DNA of 64,000 bases from Candidatus Marinacidobacterales bacterium (GTDB lineage: Bacteria > Acidobacteriota > Vicinamibacteria > Marinacidobacterales > SMYC01), in assembly GCA_965237955.1 (NCBI GenBank), contig OZ250169.1:3232001-3296000 (forward strand), given 5' to 3'. Shown piece after piece: positions 50,518-61,118 of the stretch. Position 1 is the stretch's first letter; every line of letters starts with the position of its first letter. A program made the position numbers and the translations under genes. The notes beneath the pieces are model-generated. The model was not told the DNA's origin, did no database searches, and saw only the letters and a program-made list of their open reading frames with translations.

Positions 50518-53500
50518 GCCGACTCTCCCCAACTTTGGCCCAGACTCTTGAAGTAGAGACCGAAGCGACGCTCCACGATCTCTCTCGCGCGGCTCCTCCG
50601 GCGGATCGTAGTCCTCGGGATGCAGAATCGGTCCGAAGCGCGAGCTCGTTCTCATTGGCAGCAAGGGCTCGAGATCGTTGAACGCCACTTCACACGGGAG
50701 CAAATAGTCGTGCACTCCACGCCGCATATCTTCGACGAGTGCTGTGAGGTAGCGCGTCGCCGCCTCACGTGAGATGGGAGCAAAGGTGAACCGCTCGTAG
50801 CGGAACCGCTGGCTCGCTTCGTCGAGCGCTTCATCAGGGGGAGCGTTGATGGCGACGAACACGTAGGGCTCACCGAGCACGAGACCGGCCGCCGCATGAA
50901 AGACATGGTCGAGGAAACCGTGAAGAGATTCCCTGCGAGGGTGAAAGCGAGCTCGATGTTGCGCGCACAAACGAATCGCAATTCGCGGCGACGTCAGGAA
51001 CATGAGCGCGCTTGGGCCCAGCTCGATCCGTACGCCGTCGACAACGTAGGATGCGGGCTCTCGAGTCGATAGGGCCAAATCGTTGGCGTCGCCGTCAGTG
51101 CCAGCCACTTCGGACAAACTCTTGCGCCAAGACTCGAGGATGCGGAGATGGCGCTCGCGTTCGGCGTCACCAAAAAGTCCCGTCGGTCGCTCGCCTCGGA
51201 GCTCGAAGCGGTGCGCGAGCTCGTCGTAGTTACTAGCATCACCGCCCCGCCGAAACGCTTCTCGCAACAACAGCGCACGCTCGAGGGCTCCGGCGTGGAA
51301 GAGCTCGTCCTCGCGGGAAAGAGGATCCTCCTCGGACGCATCTCCGAGTCGCAACGCCAACCTTGCCGACCCCTGGAGCGGGCACTCGAGAAAGCGCCGG
51401 ATCGCGGCGACGGAAACGGACCCGCCCAAATCGACGACGTCCTTTCCACTGGCCGGCGGTGCGACAGTTTTCAGGACTTCCTGGACACGAGGCCCGAGGT
51501 CGAGCTTCGCGGCCTCCGGCAGCGCCGAGCGGCCGAGATGCGTCCGGAGGTTGTCTCCGAGTACGCGCGCATTTCTCTCACGCGCTGCCCGCGGTGAGGT
51601 ACGCCAGCTCACAGGGTCATCGACGCGTCGAAGTGGATAGCGCCGGCGGGCGATCTCCTTCACGTAACCCTGCTCGAGCGCCTCGACGAGCTCCAAAACG
51701 ACCGACGCAGGTTGAAGCGTCTCGCCGGTAAGCTCGTCGCGCGCGACATAGGACAAGTAGAGCCGTTCCCTGGTGGAGAGGAGCGTTTCGAGAAAGAGAT
51801 ACTTGTCTTGTTCTCGGGTTGATACATCCCCGGCGCGCCGCTGAACGTGACGCAAGTCCAGATGATCGCAGCGCTCCGGCGCGGGAAAGTGCCCCTCTCC
51901 GAGCCCGGCGATGAAGATGACTTTGAATGGAATCGATCGCATCGGCAGAAAGCTCGACACGACGACGCCGTCTACGAGGTATTGCCCACGACTACCGGAG
52001 AGCACGCCGAGCTCGGCGCGCACAAGCTCGTGAGCCACGGCGTAGGTAACCTTCTTGCCTCCGAGGTTCATGTCTGCGAGCGAGCTCACCGCGCCAAGAC
52101 ATTTCCGGAGCACGCGCTCGTCTTCCTGTGAATGAGGCGGAGAGTGAGGATGCGGAGCGACGTAGCTGGTGATAAACGCGCTCATGAAATCCATCCACGC
52201 GGGCACCGTCATGTGGACGCGAGGGGCCTCGCGGGCATCGCTCAGGAGCGAGCGAACGAAAAGCCCCAAACCTCCAGCGCTCGAGACCTTGTCGAAAGGG
52301 ATCTCCTCGACGAGATAGGTGTCGTCGCCTTGCCGGAATAGCCGATCGTCGCCCGAGTGGTCGCCGCTCATGAACGCGCCCAGTGCCAGCCGCTTCAAGC
52401 CTTGGTCCCAGTTGAAAACGTCTTTTTCGACGTAGGTGTCATCTTGATCGTGACGATCGATGCCGCGGACGATCCCGAGCGCGTCGCACCAACCGAGCCA
52501 GTCGTCGCGAGACGCATCGGGAAACGACGTCATTACCGTCGGGTGGGTGACGAAACGCATGACCTCTTTGCGAGTGAAACGGCTGGTTGGAATCTCGAGC
52601 AAGAGCTCCACGGCTTCACTCAGCCTGCTTTCGCTCCGCACCGGGAGATCGACAATGTTGTGCGGGAGCGCATGCATCTCCCAAAAGACAGAGCCGACCA
52701 GCGCCTGGTAGCGCTCCGCCGCGGAGGGAACGAGGATGACCGCGATCTCGTTGAACCGCAAAGGCTCAGCCGACTTGTCGAGCGCAACCAGACGCCATAT
52801 TTCCGACGCGATGGCCTCGAGCTCCCGCCGGACACTCGCGCATTCGACGACGACGATGCTGTCGTCGTTCTCGAAGTCGAAGTCTTTCGGAATCGACTTC
52901 CGCTCCGGCTTTCGAAGAGCGATGTCTCGCTGAAGCTGTTCGAGGAGCGAGCCCGGTTCGGGACCCTTTATACGTGGTACCAGTTCGCATCCTGTGAGCG
53001 CGTTGGTAATCCGAAGGCTCTCCCGCCCCGCACGACCCCAAAGCCGCAAGGGCAGCATCTCACCCGCGTTCGCCAGCCGGAAAGGATCGTCGATGCTGAA
53101 AACCTCCCCAGGTCCGAGGTCTTTTCCTCGACGCTCGTAGCGGCGCGCGGACTTCGACATCGGGACCGGCGCCGAGATCGCCTCCCAGATTTCCTGGCAG
53201 GGATTGAAGGTGTAGAGATAAACGTCGCCCGCGATACGTCCCAACAGGTCGATATGAGCACGGGGCATGTAGGACACGCCGAATACATGGAGCGGTGCGG
53301 GCACGTCGCGCACGGTGTCTTCGCTGGCCTCGGAAAGCTCGAGCCAGAGACGCCGCTGCCACGTCTCGACGTCGCGGGAGTCCGTCTCCCCGATGAAGAG
53401 CCCGGCCCGCCAGCAGTCGAGAAGCTCAGGACGGAAGCTCTCGTAGTCCGAATAGAGCCGAGCGAGCTCTCTCCCGAGTTGTACTCGGCGGCGGTCGACT

Positions 53501-53832
53501 TGTTGCTGTTCGCCCCCACCCGCTTCGAGGTAGGTGCGCACCGGCTCGAGCTCGGCGTTGTCGAGGAGCTCGTCGGTGAACAGCGCCGTGAGAACGCGGT
53601 TCGCCAGCGTCGATGCGCGCCGGAAGAGCTCGTGCGAGAAGCGGAACTGGACGTTGGCGCAGATCCCGGTGAGCCGCGCCAAAGAGAGCTCGAGGTAGGT
53701 TTTCATGTTCGGGTTCGGGACGACGATGTGGATGGGGTCGTAGAGCGTCGTCCGCTCGGCACTGGTGCTGACGCGCTCGATGAGGGCTTCGAGAAGCTCC
53801 TCGGTTCGATTGGAGTAGTAGACGCGCAGCAC
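50514..53832 (-). CDS. recC: Exonuclease V gamma subunit (frameshift near 50590)
   Basis: VYYSNRTEEL, NPCQE, PMRSIPF, FLETLLSTRERLYLSY. The natural end EIVERRFGLYF...* is in another frame and overlaps recB at GTGA. Confidence 0.88.
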
Positions 53833-53943
53833 GAGAATCGGCGGCCAGGGTCGAAAAAGGGTTTTCCGGGTAACGGGTTGATGCTCTGGGATCTATCGTA
53901 GCATCTTTACGGTGTGTCGGCTCCGCGGTAAGCTCCGGGCGAC

Positions 53944-55011
53944 GTGGGACTTCTGTTGCTTGCCCTATCGCCGTTTTGGGCTGGCCTCGAGGCCGGCCCG
54001 TACCACGTCGGCTTCGAGACCTTCCCGCTTCGCGATTATTCGCGGCCCTTTCGCACCGAAGGGGACGACCGCATGCGCCAGTTGACGCTCGCCATCTGGT
54101 ATCCGGCTCGGCAGGCTCAACAGGCAGACGACGGCGAGCCCTTGCCTTTCGGCCGCTATGTGGGGTCGGAACGTGAGCGTTTCGCGCAATGGATCCGGGC
54201 GAGCGGGTATCGGTTGGGCGATGACGAGCTGTCCACGATCGCGGGCACGGAAACCGCTGCGTTCGAGGGCGCTACGCGAGCTCCCGGCTCGTTTCCGACG
54301 CTCTTGTTCGGAACGGGTCTTCGAGCCCCCATCTATCTGAACACCGTGTTGTGCGAGTACCTCGCGAGTCACGGCTACGTCGCTATCGCGGTTCCGTCGA
54401 TGGCCTATCGTGAGGATGTCAGCCCCGACTACGACGCGCTCACCATCGAGACGCACCTTCGCGACCTGGAGCTCGTCATCCATGAGATGCGCGACTACCC
54501 CGGAGTCGATATCGAGAACCTGGGGCTCGTCGCGTGGGGCAGTGGCGGCGTCGCCCAGGTGCTTCTCCAAATGAAAAACCCTGACGTCGCCGCAGTCGCG
54601 AGCCTGGACGCCGCGAGCGGATATTGCTACGGCCATGAGCTCCTCACCGAATCACTCTACTTCGACCCGTCTCGGGCGAGGGCGGCGTTTTTCCACGCGA
54701 CCGACTCGCGCGCTGCGACCAGCCCACTCGAAAAGAGTTTCGATTACTACGACAGCGTCCACCGCGGGCCGTCGTACTTGCTCTTGATCGAAGGCGCCGC
54801 CCATGCCGAGTTCACTTCACTGGCGAGTGTCGTTCCCCTCGACGGCCGAGCCGACGTGCGACGGCGCTATCGCCTGTTGTGCGAGTACGTCCGTCGCTTT
54901 TTGGATCTCGCGATGAAGGCCGACACCGAGGCCGCCGAGTTTCTGGATGTGACACCGTCTCGTCACGGCTTCGACGGACTGGTATTGTCGAAACGGGCCC
55001 GACCACCCTGA
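53944..55011 (+). CDS. Alpha/beta hydrolase (PAF-acetylhydrolase/dienelactone hydrolase-like)
   Basis: GPYHVG, IWYPA, LASHGY, AHAEF; atypical nucleophile elbow AWGSGG. Confidence 0.7.
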   Translation: MGLLLLALSPFWAGLEAGPYHVGFETFPLRDYSRPFRTEGDDRMRQLTLAIWYPARQAQQADDGEPLPFGRYVGSERERFAQWIRASGYRLGDDELSTIAGTETAAFEGATRAPGSFPTLLFGTGLRAPIYLNTVLCEYLASHGYVAIAVPSMAYREDVSPDYDALTIETHLRDLELVIHEMRDYPGVDIENLGLVAWGSGGVAQVLLQMKNPDVAAVASLDAASGYCYGHELLTESLYFDPSRARAAFFHATDSRAATSPLEKSFDYYDSVHRGPSYLLLIEGAAHAEFTSLASVVPLDGRADVRRRYRLLCEYVRRFLDLAMKADTEAAEFLDVTPSRHGFDGLVLSKRARPP

Positions 55012-55061
55012 CCCAATTTTCCCCTACATCTCTTCGTCGGCGCTACCCGCTTCCCACCCCA

Positions 55062-55796
55062 TTACTTCGGGTACACCTCGTCCACGCCAACGATTTGCCA
55101 GCGGCCTCGGACGCGGGCTAGGGCGCAGCAGAGGTTCCAGCCGACGCGGAGCGATTTCGTCGCCGCTAGGGGGGCGAGGAGGGGGCCGATCTCTTCCGGC
55201 TCCGCAGCGCGGTATACCGTCAGCCAGAAACGTCCCGGGTCGACTCGGGTGATGGGATGGTCGTCGGTGTCGATGTAGTCGTGATCGGTGAACAACACCG
55301 GATCGACCGATACGGCGCGTTCTGCCAAAAGCCGCGCCGCTCGTTTCGCTCGGGTGCGAAGCTTCGTCCGCCAAGAGGCCACTTCGGAGCTCGCATCGAG
55401 CTCGACGCGAGTCACGTAGCCGCGCTCTACGAGCCAGCTCCTGAGATCCTCGACGACCAGTGGCGCCTTTTCTTCGATTCTTTCAGAAGTAAAGACGTCT
55501 CTTTTCACATAGACGCTCGCGAAGAAATCGAGCTCCGGAAGAAGCTTTGACGGACCAAAGACTTCGAAGAAGTGACGCTGAGCGACACCGCTCGCATGGT
55601 AGTGCTTTTCGCAAAACGCGCGCTCTTCCCCATCCAGATTTCGATGCCCGTAGTTGTTGATGCAGAGCTCGAGGAAAAAAAGGATGCGGCAGTAGGCTCG
55701 GTGCTCTTCAGGATCTAACGTGGATCTGCGTTCCTCGGCGAACTCCGACAAGACACATGTGATCGTCGGAGCCGTTGAAGTTTGTCGAGGGCTCAT
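55062..55796 (-). CDS. Hypothetical protein
   Basis: 244-aa ORF filling the gap between plus-strand genes; no recognised motif. Confidence 0.5.
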   Translation of the reverse strand: MSPRQTSTAPTITCVLSEFAEERRSTLDPEEHRAYCRILFFLELCINNYGHRNLDGEERAFCEKHYHASGVAQRHFFEVFGPSKLLPELDFFASVYVKRDVFTSERIEEKAPLVVEDLRSWLVERGYVTRVELDASSEVASWRTKLRTRAKRAARLLAERAVSVDPVLFTDHDYIDTDDHPITRVDPGRFWLTVYRAAEPEEIGPLLAPLAATKSLRVGWNLCCALARVRGRWQIVGVDEVYPK

Positions 55797-55910
55797 GGGT
55801 TTCCTCCCGATGTTGCCCTCAACCCCATTTCAATAGACGTAGGCAGATTCCATTTTCTACCCATGAGCGGGATTTTTTTTGTTGCGGAGACGATTACAAT
55901 AGGCCCATCC

Positions 55911-56567
55911 ATGGAGGCCCGGGTGCATCGGCTGGTCGTTCCGCGAACGGCTCGGTACGTGACCCTCGGGGCGATTGACGACAACGGCATCCCCAAAGAT
56001 GTCTGGTTTCTCTGCCACGGCTATGGGCAGCTCGCCTCGCAGTTTCTCGACTCCGCCCGTGCTCTCGAACACCCCGGACGTGTGCTGGTGGCGCCGGAGG
56101 CACTTTCCCGCTTCTACCATGAAGATCACAAGAGTATCGGCGCCTCGTGGATGACCCGCGAAGATCGCGAGCGCGAGATGGAAGACTACGTCCGCTATCT
56201 GGACCTGCTCCATGAGCAGCTCTTCGAGCTCATCGGCCGCGCGTCCGTACGCCTGGTCGTTCTCGGCTTCTCGCAGGGCGCCGCCACCGCTGCCCGTTGG
56301 GCGGTGCGCGGCCGTGTCGACGTCGATCACCTCGTGTTGTGGGGCGCGGCCACACCACCGGAGCTCGATGACGACACCGCGCTCGCGCCTTTGAAGGCGA
56401 TGCGGGTGACGCTCGTCGGTGGCAGCCGCGACGCGCTGTTTCCTGAAAGCGCGCGCGAGGAACAACGCACGCGGCTGCGGCGAAACGGGGTCACGTTTTC
56501 GGAGCTGACCTTCGCGGGCGGGCACCGTCTGGACGACGAAACGTTACTCCGGCTGGCGGCGAGCTGA
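55911..56567 (+). CDS. Phospholipase/carboxylesterase
   Basis: HGYGQLA, GASWMTREDR, GFSQG, GGH. Confidence 0.85.
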   Translation: MEARVHRLVVPRTARYVTLGAIDDNGIPKDVWFLCHGYGQLASQFLDSARALEHPGRVLVAPEALSRFYHEDHKSIGASWMTREDREREMEDYVRYLDLLHEQLFELIGRASVRLVVLGFSQGAATAARWAVRGRVDVDHLVLWGAATPPELDDDTALAPLKAMRVTLVGGSRDALFPESAREEQRTRLRRNGVTFSELTFAGGHRLDDETLLRLAAS

Positions 56568-56572
56568 AAACG

Positions 56573-57454
56573 ATGACGCTGATGCTCGCGGCGAACATTT
56601 TGATAGGCCCTTTGATAGGAGCGTGGACATTGCAGCCCGAACTCATTGGCGCCGAGACGCTGTCGGAGCTACCCAACCCGAAACCGACTTCGCGCATTCC
56701 GTATGGGGACGATCCGCTTCAGTTCGGCGATCTGAGGCTTCCCCCGGGCGCGGGGCCTCACCCCGTGGTCGTCGTCATCCATGGGGGATGCTGGCGTGCC
56801 CAGTACAACATCGATCACATCGGTGCTTTCAGCGATGCGCTCACGAAAGCAGGCGTTGCTACGTGGGCGGTGGAATACCGCCGCGTGGGAAACCCGGGGG
56901 GTGGTTGGCCGGGAACATTTCAAGACATCGCCGCTGCCGTGGATCACCTGCGAAACGTCGCTGACGAGCATCCGATCGACCTCGAGCGTGTCGTCGCCGT
57001 CGGGCATTCGGCGGGTGGCCACCTCGTTCTCTGGTTGGGCGCGCGCGCGAAGATCGCTGACGTGACGCTTCGTGGCGACGATCCTCTACCGCTCATGGGC
57101 GTCGTATCGCTCGCCGGTGTCGACGATCTCAGACGGGCGCTCGAGGAAGGAGTTTGTGACGACATCGCGGCCAAGCTCATCGGCGGCGCTCCCGAGGACG
57201 TTCCCGAGCGGTACGCGCTAAGCTCACCGATCGAGCTCTTGCCCACCGGGGTGCCGCAACATCTCATCAACGGCGCCCGTGATCCGATTGTTCCCGAGGC
57301 CTTTGGCCACGCCTACAAAGCCGCGGCGAAACGCGTCGGCGATCCGGTGGAGCTCACGATTCTCCCGGACGCCGGCCACTTCGAGCTCATTGTTCCCACG
57401 ACGAACGCGTGGGCTACTGTGAGGGACGCGATTCTGGAGATGCTCGAACGATGA
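56573..57454 (+). CDS. Alpha/beta hydrolase (lipase/esterase)
   Basis: HGGCW, EYRR, GHSAGG, D and GH catalytic residues. Confidence 0.88.
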   Translation: MTLMLAANILIGPLIGAWTLQPELIGAETLSELPNPKPTSRIPYGDDPLQFGDLRLPPGAGPHPVVVVIHGGCWRAQYNIDHIGAFSDALTKAGVATWAVEYRRVGNPGGGWPGTFQDIAAAVDHLRNVADEHPIDLERVVAVGHSAGGHLVLWLGARAKIADVTLRGDDPLPLMGVVSLAGVDDLRRALEEGVCDDIAAKLIGGAPEDVPERYALSSPIELLPTGVPQHLINGARDPIVPEAFGHAYKAAAKRVGDPVELTILPDAGHFELIVPTTNAWATVRDAILEMLER

Positions 57455-58320
57455 ACTGGCTCGAATACCTGCAGACGATCCTCGACTTCCAGCTTTTTCA
57501 GTTGGGAGGCAACCCGATCACGGTGTTACACGTGGCGATGTCGGTTTTCGCACTCATCTTCACGTACTTTCTCGCTCACTCCGTTCACCGGCTCTTGACG
57601 CGATACGTGCTCACAGAAGTCGAGCCGGCGCCTCGCTACGTCATCGCGCGTTTCACACAGTACCTCGTCTGGCTCATCGGCATCGCTGTCGCCATCGAGC
57701 TTCTGAACGTAGACCTCACCGCGTTAACGTTCGTCGCGGGCGCGCTCGGAATCGGAATCGGCTTCGGTCTTCAAAATGTCGTGAACAACCTCGTCTCCGG
57801 CGTCGTGCTCCTGCTCGAACAGCCGGTGCGGTATCGAGATCGGGTATCAATCGAAAACGTCGAAGGACAGGTGGAGCACATCAACTTCCGATCGACGACG
57901 ATCCTCACCAATGACAACATTACGATCATCGTGCCCAACTCGCAGCTCATCAACCAAGCGGTCATCAACTGGTCGCACGGCGACCCGCGGATACGAGTCC
58001 ATGTGCCCGTTGGCGTCGCCTACGGATCGGATGTCGAGTTGGTGACAGAAACGTTGCTCGCGGTGGCGCGCGGGGAACAAGACGTCCTGTCGAGTCCGGA
58101 GCCAGAGGTGCGTTTTCTCGAGTTCGGAGATTCGTCGTTGAACTTCGAGCTACTGGTATGGTCGGACGAGCCGCCGAACTATCATCGCTTGCGCAGCAAG
58201 CTGAACTACGCCATCGACGCCGCGTTCCGAGACAAAGGCGTCGAGATCCCGTTCCCCCAAAGAGACCTGCACCTCAAGACACCGACGCCCCAAGACATCA
58301 CCAAAGCGTTCTCCAAGTAG
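57451..58320 (+). CDS. Small-conductance mechanosensitive channel (MscS family)
   Basis: GIGFGLQNVVNN, IVPNS, VGVAYGSD, IPFPQRDLH. Confidence 0.92.
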   Translation: MNWLEYLQTILDFQLFQLGGNPITVLHVAMSVFALIFTYFLAHSVHRLLTRYVLTEVEPAPRYVIARFTQYLVWLIGIAVAIELLNVDLTALTFVAGALGIGIGFGLQNVVNNLVSGVVLLLEQPVRYRDRVSIENVEGQVEHINFRSTTILTNDNITIIVPNSQLINQAVINWSHGDPRIRVHVPVGVAYGSDVELVTETLLAVARGEQDVLSSPEPEVRFLEFGDSSLNFELLVWSDEPPNYHRLRSKLNYAIDAAFRDKGVEIPFPQRDLHLKTPTPQDITKAFSK

Positions 58321-58331
58321 CGAGCTACAAT

Positions 58332-59246
58332 CTAGGCCGCCGCTGCTTCGGCCCCGTTCGACACCCGTCCCTCGTCGAGGATGTGATCAGGGACGCGCTT
58401 GAGATCCCAGATGAGACCGAGTTTCGATAGCACGACCAGCCCGTAGTAGGTGATGTCGATCTCCCACCAATAGAACCCTTGCCTCGCGGCCGTCGCGTAG
58501 TGGTGGTGGTTGTTGTGCCATCCCTCGCCGAAGGTCAAAAGAGCGAGCAACCAATTGTTGCGGCTGGTGTCTCCGGTCTCGTACCGCCGCTTCCCGAAAA
58601 TGTGGGACAGGGAGTTAATCGTGAACGTCGCGTTCACGAGGATAACGGTGGAGAGGAAAAAGCCCCAAAAGAGCATCTGCGGTCCGGTCGTCCCGAGCGA
58701 GGGAGCATACGTCTGGAGAAAAACACCAAGGCCGAAACATGACGTCCCCAAGAGTACGGGCATGAGAACGTCGAACCGGTCGATCGCGCGGAGCTCGGGG
58801 AACTTGGCGAGATCGGGAACGAGACCGATCCGCGTCGGCGAGTTCGCGCGGGCGAAGATCCATCCGACGTGGGAATAGATGAAGCCCCGCTTGATGGGCG
58901 AGTGAACATCTTCATCCTCGTCCGAGTACTTATGATGGTGGCGGTGATGACCAGCCCACCACAACGGGCCCTTCTGAACCGAGCTGTTACCGAGCAGCGC
59001 GAACAGAAACTGGAACCACCGCGAGGTCTTGTAGCTCCGATGAGAAAGGTAGCGGTGATAGAAACCGGTGATGGCGAACATTCTCACCCAGAAAAGTGCG
59101 AGACAAACGCCTACGGCAACTGGGCTGATGCCCACCCAGAACACCCCCAGGGCCAGGAGATGAATCAACGCAAAGGGGATTGTGGCCCACCAATTGATGC
59201 CACCGTCGGAAGGAACGGCGCGCAGGTCGGACGACTGACTACTCAC
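58332..59246 (-). CDS. Acyl-CoA (delta-9) desaturase
   Basis: HRYLSH, HRHHH, DVHSP, GEGWHNNHH. Confidence 0.92.
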   Translation of the reverse strand: MSSQSSDLRAVPSDGGINWWATIPFALIHLLALGVFWVGISPVAVGVCLALFWVRMFAITGFYHRYLSHRSYKTSRWFQFLFALLGNSSVQKGPLWWAGHHRHHHKYSDEDEDVHSPIKRGFIYSHVGWIFARANSPTRIGLVPDLAKFPELRAIDRFDVLMPVLLGTSCFGLGVFLQTYAPSLGTTGPQMLFWGFFLSTVILVNATFTINSLSHIFGKRRYETGDTSRNNWLLALLTFGEGWHNNHHHYATAARQGFYWWEIDITYYGLVVLSKLGLIWDLKRVPDHILDEGRVSNGAEAAAA

Positions 59247-59399
59247 TGAGCTCTCCTCTTCGATGCAAGGTTTGGGGTTAGACGAGGAGCCTTTCTCCCA
59301 AGTTTTCCGGACTCGAGGCCGCCAAAACGGCCCCGCGACGTCGGATCACGGCTAATAGCGTAACATGGAACCGTCGAAGTCAACAAATTCAAGGGCGTT

Positions 59400-60034
59400 A
59401 TGGCACGCGGAGGGATAAAGCGAGGGCGAGGGATCGTGCTCGAGGGCTTCGGCCTCACCCCGGAGGAGTTAGCCCGCCCGGTGACGAGCGTATCGTTGTT
59501 CGGAAACGACGCCCGCTCGAGCTCGAAGTGGGCTCGGGCAACGGCACTCTCCTGACAACGGAGTCGAAGGCCAGACCGGGCGTGAACTTCCTCGGTATCG
59601 AATACACGCGGCGGTACTGGCGTTACGCCGCCGACCGGCTCCGGCGAAACGACTGTGAGAACGCTCGTGTCGTTCTCGCCGATGCGACGACGTTCATAGG
59701 GGACTACCTCGAGGACGATAGCCTGAGTGCGGTGCACATCTATTTCCCAGATCCGTGGCCGAAGTCGGGCCATCGCAAACGGCGTTTCGTCCAGCCACAC
59801 CACATCGAGCTCGTGGCGCGGAAGATGCAACCGGGAGCCAGGCTTCAGATCGTGACCGACCACGCCGGGTACTTCGCGCAGATCGACCAAGTCGTCCGCA
59901 ACTCCTCGCTCGCCATTGTCGACTTCAATACGCCCGCGGCCGCAGCGTCTGAGGAGATGGTCGGCTCGAACTTCGAGCGCAAGTACCGCCGAGAAGGTCG
60001 CGCCTTCCACGCGATCGCATCCGAGCGAGTGTAG
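59400..60034 (+). CDS. trmB: tRNA (guanine-N7)-methyltransferase, frameshift near 59512
   Basis: LELEVGSGNG, NFLGIE, FPDPWPK..H.KRR, TDH, NFERKY. Confidence 0.85.
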
Positions 60035-60126
60035 GCATTTTCCGACCGCTGTTGGATTTTCCCCTCGAAATCGAGGCGCCGCCAACCCACGCCTCAAGCA
60101 ACTCAACGAGTTAGCAGGCTCCGTTC

Positions 60127-60142
60127 TGGCAATTCTTTTGCA
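60127..60142 (+). promoter_or_regulatory. sigma54-type -24/-12 promoter
   Basis: TGGCAATTCTTTTGCA upstream of the TPR gene. Confidence 0.6.
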
Positions 60143-60219
60143 ACTACGAGACGTCGGTCTCGTCTCACAAAACGTGCATTCCCGACCGAGCATGGCCGTC
60201 GACGGGTCCAGGGGAAACT

Positions 60220-60705
60220 ATGCACTGGCGCAATCAGCGACTCATCGCTCGAGAAGCGATGCGGCTCCATCGTGACGGTAGCAACGCCGAAGCAGCGCGC
60301 TTGTTGCGTCAACTCATCGAAGAGGGATGCCGCGATCCCAAGGTTCTGTCGTACGGCGGATTGCTGGTTGCAACCGAAGAGGGCGACGTCAAGACCGGCC
60401 TCGGGTGGTGTGAGCGTGCAGTGGAGATAGCGTTCTACGATGCCCAAATGTACCTGAACCTGGCACGGCTCCACGAACGGACCGGGTGGAAAACGCAAGC
60501 GACGCAGGTTCTTCGCAAAGGACTTCGCATCAATCCCGGCAACGAACAGCTTCTAGTGGAGATCAACCGCGTCAGCCCGAGAACTCCGGATGTGATTCCA
60601 GATCTTCCGAGAAAGCACATCGTCAACCGTACCCTCGGCAAGCTACGAGCCAAAGACAAACAGAAGGCCACGATCAAGCCCAAGACGTCCCCGAGCTACT
60701 CCTAA
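60220..60705 (+). CDS. TPR protein
   Basis: MYLNLARLHE...AT..LRKGLRINP TPR pattern. Confidence 0.75.
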   Translation: MHWRNQRLIAREAMRLHRDGSNAEAARLLRQLIEEGCRDPKVLSYGGLLVATEEGDVKTGLGWCERAVEIAFYDAQMYLNLARLHERTGWKTQATQVLRKGLRINPGNEQLLVEINRVSPRTPDVIPDLPRKHIVNRTLGKLRAKDKQKATIKPKTSPSYS

Positions 60706-60786
60706 CGCGTCGTTGCATCTCGTAGCACGCGACCTCTACAATTCTGCCTCCGAAACGATTGGCAGGAAGTCCATGTGCGCGAGCAG

Positions 60787-61029
60787 CTATTGGAAGCATC
60801 CGTCGATATGGCGGGCACCATCGGGTGTGTCGACGCCTCGACCTATTGCCACGAACCGATCGCCCTCGACGACGATCGTGGCGCCAGAGACAGGAACGTG
60901 TCCGGTGCCGTCGATGACGGTCACGTTGTCGACGACGAGGGCGGGCTGAGCCGCGGCCAACCCGGGTATCGAGAACAAGGCGGTCACGACTATGACCGCG
61001 CGCTTGAAGTGTCGCATGAAGCGCATCAT
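60787..61029 (-). pseudogene. N-terminal fragment of a secreted amidohydrolase
   Basis: Signal peptide, then NVTVIDGTG...IVVEGDRFVAIG...IDG; truncated. Confidence 0.7.
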
Positions 61030-61118
61030 AACGAGCCCTGGACCGGCAGGCCAGAAGCGCCGGCCCCTCGACATCGGCAGCACGTTTTGCGATCATCCGA
61101 GCTCGTCCCACGGAGGGA

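Noticed and set aside
48991-53832. 1613-aa RecC-RecB fusion protein
   Set aside because: A frameshift near 50590 explains it. The natural RecC end is in another frame with a GTGA overlap, and the ORF tail is IS sequence.
52357-53901. Long antisense ORFs (here and at 27884-29143, 1381-2388, 42365-43423)
   Set aside because: Shadow ORFs of GC-rich genes on the opposite strand, with no recognisable motifs.
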